IMG/VR virus record: IMGVR_UViG_3300032317_000216
Coordinates: 32,001-96,000 of that record
DNA length: 64,000 bases
Reading direction: 5' to 3' (one strand)
DNA from: a virus
Taxonomy: Duplodnaviria; Caudoviricetes
The notes beneath the pieces were generated by a model that made no database searches, was not told the DNA's origin, and saw nothing but the letters and a program-made list of their open reading frames with translations. Below, one piece after another: positions 57,799-64,000 of this stretch (position 1 is the stretch's first letter; the number at the start of each line of letters is the position of its first letter). The translations under genes and the position numbers were made by a program.

Positions 57799-58458
57799 AT
57801 GGCGCTTCGTCTTATAGTGGAGACACCACAAGATAACACAGACTTCGAATATATCTACGAAGAGAAGAATAATAAAGACCAGCCAAAACTTTTTATTTCT
57901 GGCCCTTACATGATGTGTGAAACAGTGAACAAAAATAAACGCATGTATTCAAAAGAAGACATGTTTAAAGAAGTTGCAAGATATACAAAAGAGATGGTTG
58001 AATCAAAAAGGGCCATGGGGGAGTTGAATCACCCAGAATCTGCTGATGTGAACCTCGCTAACGCTTGCCATCTTGTTACAAACCTTAAAATGGAAGGCAA
58101 TTTTGTATATGGAAAATCACAAGTACTATCAACACCGTCAGGCAAGATAGTTGAATGTCTCATTAAAGACGGTGTGAGTGTTGGCATGTCTTCTAGAGCG
58201 CTTGGTGAATTATCAGAGGACAATGGTGTTAATAAAGTAACAAACATGAGGCTTATTGCTGTAGATTGTGTTGCCGATCCAAGCTGTCCAAAAGCTTTTG
58301 TTAATGGAATTTTAGAGAGTAGACAATATGTATTAAAGACAAACGGTGAATTAGAAGAGATGTATGATAGCTTTGCAAAAAGCATTGCAACTCTTCCTAA
58401 GCACGATGTTAATACATTTTTAAAGGAACAACTACTCAAATTTATAAAAGGATTATAA
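57799..58458 (+). CDS. prohead protease (T4 gp21)
   Basis: NKNKRMY, AMGELNHP, TPSG, VGMSSRALG, D.VADPS.P.AFV.GI.E. Confidence 0.95.
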   Translation: MALRLIVETPQDNTDFEYIYEEKNNKDQPKLFISGPYMMCETVNKNKRMYSKEDMFKEVARYTKEMVESKRAMGELNHPESADVNLANACHLVTNLKMEGNFVYGKSQVLSTPSGKIVECLIKDGVSVGMSSRALGELSEDNGVNKVTNMRLIAVDCVADPSCPKAFVNGILESRQYVLKTNGELEEMYDSFAKSIATLPKHDVNTFLKEQLLKFIKGL

Positions 58459-58461
58459 TAT

Positions 58462-58638
58462 ATGAATCAAGAAGACAATAGCATTCAACCATCATCTCAA
58501 GAAAAGGCTTCCCTTTCTAACTTTATTAGCAATATTTCTCAAGAAAAGTATGCTGCAGCTAATAAATATTTACAGGAACTACTTGATGCCAAGCTAAAAG
58601 CTAGAATTCAAGCAGCTTCTAAAAAAGAAATTTTTTAA
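58462..58638 (+). CDS. small prohead core protein (gp67-like), missing from the ORF track
   Basis: 58-aa ORF MNQEDNSIQPSSQEKASLSNFISNISQEKYAAANKYLQELLDAKLKARIQAASKKEIF filling the gp21-gp22 gap. Confidence 0.55.
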   Translation: MNQEDNSIQPSSQEKASLSNFISNISQEKYAAANKYLQELLDAKLKARIQAASKKEIF

Positions 58639-58639
58639 T

Positions 58640-59515
58640 ATGGAAAAAACAGTAACAGATACTCTTAAAGAAGCAACAAAAGATATCCTAACAGAGGATG
58701 TTCTAAAAGAAATCGAAACAGCTTTTAATGCTTCAGTAGATCAAAAAGTTAAAATTCACGTAGAAAAAGCTCTTATGGAGCAAGATGAAGATTATAGCAA
58801 GAAGCTCGAAAAACTTGTTGAAGCTATTGACACTGATCATACAGCTAAGCTCGACAAAGTTGTAGAAGCTCTTGATGCTGATAGAGCTGAAAAATTAAAA
58901 CAGGTTGTTAAGAAATACGAAACAGCTCTTCATACTGAAGCTACTTCTTTTAAGGAAACACTTGTTAATACAATTTCTAGATATCTTGAAAAGTATTTAG
59001 ATGAAAAACTTCCTCTTGCTGATATTGAGCAAGCTGTTAAGAACAAAAAAGCTCTTAATATGCTCACTAACTTGAGAGAAGCTCTTGCCGTAGATATGGC
59101 TCTCTCTAATGATAGCATTAAAGAAGCTGTAGTGGATGGTAAGAATAAAATCGATGAAGCTGTACAACAGCTTGAAGCCTCAAATAAGAAGGTAAATGAG
59201 CTAACAAATGAGCTCAATAAAATGAGAGCAGATCTCGCTCTGGAGAAGGTCGTTCAAGATCTTGATTCAGACAAGAAAGTATACATGAAAAAAATGCTTA
59301 AAGGTAAATCTGCTGATTTTATTACAGAAAACTTCAAATATACATTGGGGCTTTACGAGAAAACCGAAGAAGAGAGACTAACAGGTCTTAAAGAAGAAGC
59401 AGTTAAACAAACTGTTTCTGAAAAAGTAGACAGACCTGTTATCGCCGAGTCAGTAGAAGAGAATACAGATGAACCTGGATTTAAGAACTACATGACAGAG
59501 CTTAGCAAGTACTAA
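58640..59515 (+). CDS. prohead scaffold (T4 gp22-like)
   Basis: Acidic coiled-coil protein between the protease and capsid genes. Confidence 0.85.
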   Translation: MEKTVTDTLKEATKDILTEDVLKEIETAFNASVDQKVKIHVEKALMEQDEDYSKKLEKLVEAIDTDHTAKLDKVVEALDADRAEKLKQVVKKYETALHTEATSFKETLVNTISRYLEKYLDEKLPLADIEQAVKNKKALNMLTNLREALAVDMALSNDSIKEAVVDGKNKIDEAVQQLEASNKKVNELTNELNKMRADLALEKVVQDLDSDKKVYMKKMLKGKSADFITENFKYTLGLYEKTEEERLTGLKEEAVKQTVSEKVDRPVIAESVEENTDEPGFKNYMTELSKY

Positions 59516-59591
59516 TTTCCTTTTCTTGAGGGTAATCCTGAACAGAAAAAAATAAAGGTCGACATTATCTCTTTGGAGATTTATAATAATT

Positions 59592-61082
59592 ATGGCAAAC
59601 ATACGTCCTTCACAGTCTTACATCAGTGAAGATCGCGCCAAACTATTGATTGAGAAGTGGGGTCCAGTATTGGATTACACCTCAAACAATGTTAGAGCGA
59701 TTGAAGATGATCACACTCGTTTGAACACCGCCATCCTCTTGGAAAACCAAGAGAAGTGGTGTTTCGAAGCTAGCAACGTCGCTGGTGGAACCCCCGGAGT
59801 ATTCAGCAACAACACAATTGATGCTGGTGGCCGCGGTAATCAGTTCCCTTCCCAGAATGACAGCGCTTATGCTCCTAACGATTCGCGTCTTCCTAAGATC
59901 CTCATTCCGATGATTAGACGTACCTTCCCTGAGTTGATTACTAACGAAATCGTTGGTGTACAGCCCATGAGTGGCCCAGTTGGTCTAGCCTTCGCCCTCC
60001 GCTACAAGTATGAGAGCGATGCACTAGGTTTCAACACAACAGGCAACCTCGACGGCTCAGCAACAACAAATCTTAATAATCCTCAGCTACAGTCAGACAG
60101 TGACGAGTTGGGATATCAGTATCTAGATACTAGATTCACTGGTACCTCTTCTGGTTCGCTCTCTGGTAATGCTACTTACTTCCCAATGGTTGATCAGGAT
60201 CAGGGTGTTGCTCAGTTGCTCGCTAACTTCGAGCTAACAAGCAAGATTCCTCAGATCGTTGTCAGCTTTGAGAAGACAGCAGTAGAAGCCGGTACACGTA
60301 GATTAGCTGCTCGTTGGTCTGTTGAACTCGAGCAGGACTTGAAGAACATGAACGGTATTGATATCGACACTGAGCTCACAAACGCAATGTCTTATGAGCT
60401 ACAGGCCGAAATCGATCGTGAAATGATCATCAGAATGATCCAGACAGCTCTAAACGGTGGCTTCGGCCGCGGTTTCTCTGTTTGGTCTCCTGCTTCCGCA
60501 GACGGCCGCTGGCTAGTTGAACGTAACCGTGACTTCTATCAGAGACTCATCGTTGAGGCTAATCGTATTGCAGTACGCAATCGCCGTGGTTCCGCTAACT
60601 TTATCGTTGCGACACCTCGCGTTTGCGCTATCTTGGAAATGCTCCCTGAATTTCAGTGGGTACCAGTCCAGGGTAACGTCAATACACAGCCCGTCGGTGT
60701 AGCAAAGGTTGGTTCACTTGGTGGTAGGTTCAATGTTTATCGTGACACACGTACAGAAGCTCAGTTTGAGCTTGGACAAGGTGGCAATTACAGTGGATCC
60801 GGCACATACGGATCCTCTCAGTATCGCACACAGCGTCTAGAATACGCTCTCTTGGGTTACAAGGGACCAGAGTTCTACGACACTGGTATCATCTACTGTC
60901 CGTACATTCCCGTCATGGTACAGAGAACAATTGGACCCAATGATTTCGCTCCCCGTGTTGGTCTATTGACCCGCTACGGAGTAGTCGATAACATCTTTGG
61001 TGCTAACCTCTACTATCACGTCATCATCCTACAGGGTCTTGGTGTTGCGTTCCAGCCTGGAACACAATCAGTCTACTTCTAA
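59592..61082 (+). CDS. major capsid protein (T4 gp23)
   Basis: KW..VL, AILLENQ, LIPMIRR..P.LI...IVGVQPMSGP.GL.FALR, R.L.ARWS.EL.QDL, EIDRE, YCPYIP, TRYG. Confidence 0.97.
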   Translation: MANIRPSQSYISEDRAKLLIEKWGPVLDYTSNNVRAIEDDHTRLNTAILLENQEKWCFEASNVAGGTPGVFSNNTIDAGGRGNQFPSQNDSAYAPNDSRLPKILIPMIRRTFPELITNEIVGVQPMSGPVGLAFALRYKYESDALGFNTTGNLDGSATTNLNNPQLQSDSDELGYQYLDTRFTGTSSGSLSGNATYFPMVDQDQGVAQLLANFELTSKIPQIVVSFEKTAVEAGTRRLAARWSVELEQDLKNMNGIDIDTELTNAMSYELQAEIDREMIIRMIQTALNGGFGRGFSVWSPASADGRWLVERNRDFYQRLIVEANRIAVRNRRGSANFIVATPRVCAILEMLPEFQWVPVQGNVNTQPVGVAKVGSLGGRFNVYRDTRTEAQFELGQGGNYSGSGTYGSSQYRTQRLEYALLGYKGPEFYDTGIIYCPYIPVMVQRTIGPNDFAPRVGLLTRYGVVDNIFGANLYYHVIILQGLGVAFQPGTQSVYF

Positions 61083-61141
61083 AAAAAGTAGTCGGGATTC
61101 AACAAAGAAAACACTTTCACCTGGTAAGTCCCAGGAAATTT

Positions 61142-61175
61142 AAAAAAGGGCCTCTTGCGGGGCCCTTTTTTTTTT
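61142..61175 (+). terminator. rho-independent terminator after gp23 (potentially bidirectional)
   Basis: A6-GGGCCTC-TTGC-GGGGCCC-T10. Confidence 0.9.
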
Positions 61176-61209
61176 GCAAAAAAACCTCATGTATTGAATA
61201 AATATTTGT

Positions 61210-61602
61210 ATGCCTCAAATACGTTTTACTAATACTCTAGCAAATCCAGCTTCAACAACACCTGAAACATTGAATGTTTCTCTCACTTCAAAAGGTGTAG
61301 TTCTTGAAGAACTTGGTGCCAATGTGAAGTTTCTCGTTTTTCAAGACACCCCTCTTGCATTAACTACAAATTTTCAAACACTTTCAACACCTGAAGGTAC
61401 AAAGTTTAGAGCTGATACAGCGTACAGTGGTGCTCAGTTTGGTGTTATATTTAAAGACAATTCTTCCACAATCTTCACATTACTGACAGGTGGAACAAAT
61501 GGAGCCAACAGAGTTACATATATACTACAGACTGTTGCTTCTAATGGATATAATTCACAGAGTCTTGCTGATTTCCAGAGACTCTGGAACCTTAACGGTT
61601 AA
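61210..61602 (+). CDS. late hypothetical protein, possibly a capsid decoration protein
   Basis: TAAATA 5 nt before the ATG; T/S/N-rich; follows gp23. Confidence 0.55.
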   Translation: MPQIRFTNTLANPASTTPETLNVSLTSKGVVLEELGANVKFLVFQDTPLALTTNFQTLSTPEGTKFRADTAYSGAQFGVIFKDNSSTIFTLLTGGTNGANRVTYILQTVASNGYNSQSLADFQRLWNLNG

Positions 61603-62523
61603 TTACTGTCTAACAGTCTTAGTAAAGTATTTCCACTTGTCCCACATGGCACCATTCTGCTTCAAGAGCTCCTGACTGCTGGCCCTAATGGGATTGATAT
61701 CAATACCACCACGTCTCACATACAAGCAAGACACCATTAATTCCTCTGGCTTAACCAAATCATACAAGCGCTTGTAAATGGTCTCACAAATCTCTTCATG
61801 AAAATGACATTCATCTCTGAATGAGACAATGTATTGCAACAAAGAAGTCTGATTGAGTTGATAAGGACCTTTGTAATGAATATAAACATCCCCCCAGTCC
61901 GGTTGAGATGTGACCCTGCAATTACTCTTTAATAACGCTGAATGAAAGCGCTGCACTTTACTAGAATCACCATCAGTCCAGCCAATCAAAGAAGGATCTT
62001 CTTTATACCCTCTTACTTTGATGGAGGTGACATCAATGCTGTTTTCTAATGTGGGGTAGTTAGCAGTAGAGAATAAAGGTGGATAATAAATTGCATCATC
62101 AATAGCTTTTGTGAGCCTGACGCAAACTTTAACTTCTGTTTCTAGTAATTTGGATAAATCTGCTTCCATTACAGCTTCCAATTGTTGTAATACATTAATA
62201 ATATTGCCTTGATATGTCTCCATATTGAACGAATTCATGTAGAGCTTAATAGACTTTGATTCTACAATATATTTGTTAGTAGCAGGGTAAACTACTTTAG
62301 CAATAGCGGCAATGGGCATGCCTTCATTAGTCAAGCAAGATACTTCATAAGCATTCCAAATATCATAGCCACAGAAAGGGGGACTATCATCAGAAATATC
62401 TAAATGCTTTCTGTTATTCTGTCTTGGCTCGCGAACTAAGAGTGAGGGATCATAGGTACACTTGTACCCAGTTATTTTACCCAGATGTTTTGATATGTTA
62501 CTGTTATCTAATTCCGTATTCAT
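61603..62523 (-). CDS. queF: NADPH-dependent preQ0 reductase, bimodular type
   Basis: YDPSLL, DIWNAYEVS, VESKSIKLYMNSFN, LLKSNC(catalytic)..TSQPDWG, FHEEICE, RRGGIDINP. Confidence 0.93.
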   Translation of the reverse strand: MNTELDNSNISKHLGKITGYKCTYDPSLLVREPRQNNRKHLDISDDSPPFCGYDIWNAYEVSCLTNEGMPIAAIAKVVYPATNKYIVESKSIKLYMNSFNMETYQGNIINVLQQLEAVMEADLSKLLETEVKVCVRLTKAIDDAIYYPPLFSTANYPTLENSIDVTSIKVRGYKEDPSLIGWTDGDSSKVQRFHSALLKSNCRVTSQPDWGDVYIHYKGPYQLNQTSLLQYIVSFRDECHFHEEICETIYKRLYDLVKPEELMVSCLYVRRGGIDINPIRASSQELLKQNGAMWDKWKYFTKTVRQ

Positions 62524-63091
62524 TAAGTTTTATTTTAATTGCATGCATGCGTTCTTCCACTGTTCCTTTTAAAATAGTTACCTTGCCCTTCAACCTCTCA
62601 TCCTTAAGCCAACAATTTTCATACGAATCAATAATTGCATCTCTAAATTCTTTATTTGTACTTCTCTCACCATCATCCACAAGCGACACATCATGCGGAC
62701 TTGGATAAAAAATATGATCATATTTCTTAATATAATTTGTATAATACATTAGACCTAAGCTATTGGACACAGGAAAATCTTTTAACCTATTATAGGCAAA
62801 ATAACTTGTGAACACCATGCCATCCATTATGCAACGATCATGCAATATGCCTTGAAATCCAAATCCTTTGTAATTATAAAACAAATTCTCAAATTCTTTG
62901 TTAAGAATCAAAGTCTGAGTCACATCATTTGCACCAGTTTCATTAATGTCTACCCCATACTCGCGTTTAATCAGTCTTGTAACTTCATCAATATAACACA
63001 ATTTCGAACCATAATGCTCTTTACATTTCTTTAACAGAGTAGTCTTACCTGAACATTGCGGACCAGTAAAAGTAAATATCATTTGCCCCAC
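62504..63091 (-). CDS. P-loop nucleotide kinase-like protein (AAA_28 type)
   Basis: TGPQCSGKTT, E.TR, HDRCIMD, YDHIFY, DDGER, GTVEER. Confidence 0.75.
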   Translation of the reverse strand: MGQMIFTFTGPQCSGKTTLLKKCKEHYGSKLCYIDEVTRLIKREYGVDINETGANDVTQTLILNKEFENLFYNYKGFGFQGILHDRCIMDGMVFTSYFAYNRLKDFPVSNSLGLMYYTNYIKKYDHIFYPSPHDVSLVDDGERSTNKEFRDAIIDSYENCWLKDERLKGKVTILKGTVEERMHAIKIKLNEYGIR

Positions 63092-63426
63092 TTACCATTA
63101 TATACTATCTCTGCAATAATGCCATACACTGCTGAATCTCTAAATGCGTCCATAACTGGTTCATTTGCAGAGTTCATAGCTTTTTTCTTCAGCACCAAAT
63201 TAATCAAACGCTGAATTTTATCATTGAGCCGCACTACTATGGCAGATATAGCAGCAAATCTATCTTCTTGCTTTACTAAATCAGAACCAAGAGAAATATT
63301 GCCTGGACCATAATCAAACTGTTTCTTGCAAAACGTTTCATATAGTTCCGTTTGTATTTTTTGAAACTCCTTGCATGTTTCGGGGAAGTTCTTTTCTACA
63401 TATTTTACAACATCATCTTTATTCAT
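63079..63426 (-). CDS. DUF1599 / nucleotide-modification-associated domain 1-like protein
   Basis: F.KKQ.DYG..N, R.NDK.QRL, E...D...D...Y.II all-alpha pattern. Confidence 0.72.
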   Translation of the reverse strand: MNKDDVVKYVEKNFPETCKEFQKIQTELYETFCKKQFDYGPGNISLGSDLVKQEDRFAAISAIVVRLNDKIQRLINLVLKKKAMNSANEPVMDAFRDSAVYGIIAEIVYNGKWGK

Positions 63427-64000
63427 AATCTTACTCCGTAATTCACTTTATTTAAATTCAACGAACCAAGATTGCAACCACCTGCATAACTAATTGCGCT
63501 TTGCAGATCTTGTTTTATTTCTTGAAGTTTTTCTTGATACGTAAAGGTGTCGGTATCCATGAGCTTCATTGTACCTTCAATATTTTTCTTTTCAATTTTA
63601 TTGTGCATACTAGCAGATCCAAAGTATTGCTTGAACCGTCTTCCGCTTGCATCCTTAACAAGAGGTGCAGGGCTATCAGAACATGCAGCAAATATGGACC
63701 CACACATTACCATACTGGCTCCTGCGACAAGTGCTTTGGCGATATCACCATTACTGCGCACACCCCCATCTGCAATAATAGGAATATTTTTATCTTTTGC
63801 ACACTCCATCACACAACTAAACATGGGATAAGTAAACCCTGTTTTGTCTTTTGTGGTGCAAGCATACCCACCACCAATACCAACCTTTATAGCATCAGCT
63901 CCAGCATCATGCAAATATTCTACACCTTGAAACGATGCAACATTACCAGCAATAATTTTAGCAGACGGCAGTACATGTTTAATATGCTTAATCTGTTCTG
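63423..64000 (-). CDS. guaC: GMP reductase (GuaC), 5' part lies beyond the right window edge
   Basis: The frame stays open to 64000 (IIAGNVA...GADAIKVGIG.G.ACTT..KTG, IADGG, YFGSAS...KKNIEG, QDLQSAISYAG). The FGSAS/DLQS.ISYAG pattern is GuaC-type rather than IMPDH. Confidence 0.82.
   Translation of the reverse strand, partial: EQIKHIKHVLPSAKIIAGNVASFQGVEYLHDAGADAIKVGIGGGYACTTKDKTGFTYPMFSCVMECAKDKNIPIIADGGVRSNGDIAKALVAGASMVMCGSIFAACSDSPAPLVKDASGRRFKQYFGSASMHNKIEKKNIEGTMKLMDTDTFTYQEKLQEIKQDLQSAISYAGGCNLGSLNLNKVNYGVRL

Noticed and set aside
1-64000. Stop-codon reassignment
   Set aside because: Core genes (gp43, gp46, gp20, gp23) are full length in the standard code, coding density is high, and TAA, TAG and TGA all end genes.
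1-64000. tRNA genes, CRISPR array, introns or inteins
   Set aside because: Intergenic gaps are nearly all under 150 nt and are accounted for by promoters or terminators. I saw no cloverleaf or repeat-spacer pattern, and polymerase, helicase and portal have normal lengths without intein motifs.
63423-64000. IMP dehydrogenase
   Set aside because: YFGSAS...KKNIEG and QDLQSAISYAG match GMP reductase rather than the YRGMGS/GMGY pattern of IMPDH.

Overview
This AT-rich 64-kb window is the core of a large T4-like (myovirus-type) bacteriophage genome, read in the standard genetic code. It holds the replication and recombination genes: primase 5' end, sliding clamp, SSB gp32, helicase gp41, UvsX, DNA polymerase gp43, gp46/47, late sigma gp55, UvsW/UvsY, gp62-like subunit and DinG. 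It also holds a rearranged head module (gp15, gp20, gp13, gp4, gp21, gp67-like, gp22, gp23). Four accessory themes stand out. (1) Most transcription units look leaderless: a TTGANN-N16/17-TANNNT promoter or a T4 late TAAATA box sits 5-8 nt before the start codon, Shine-Dalgarno motifs are almost absent, and the phage carries a divergent ribosomal protein bS21. (2) There is a complete but scattered 7-deazaguanine pathway (folE, queD, queE, queC, queF) with unusual companions: a stand-alone class II amidotransferase, DUF366, two nucleotide-kinase-like P-loop proteins, a DUF1599/Nmad1-like protein and GMP reductase. No DpdA transglycosylase is visible in the window. (3) A ~12.6-kb island carries 13 glycosyltransferase-like and 3 methyltransferase-like genes, and UDP-Galf and NDP-rhamnose enzymes lie elsewhere in the window. 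(4) A set of mostly late-expressed proteins has T4 capsid-targeting-like N-termini, including a ligase-fold enzyme, an HxGH nucleotidyltransferase and a retropepsin, with a PD-(D/E)xK nuclease in the same late operon; these may be packaged and injected. All family calls come from motif recognition by eye; no searches were run.
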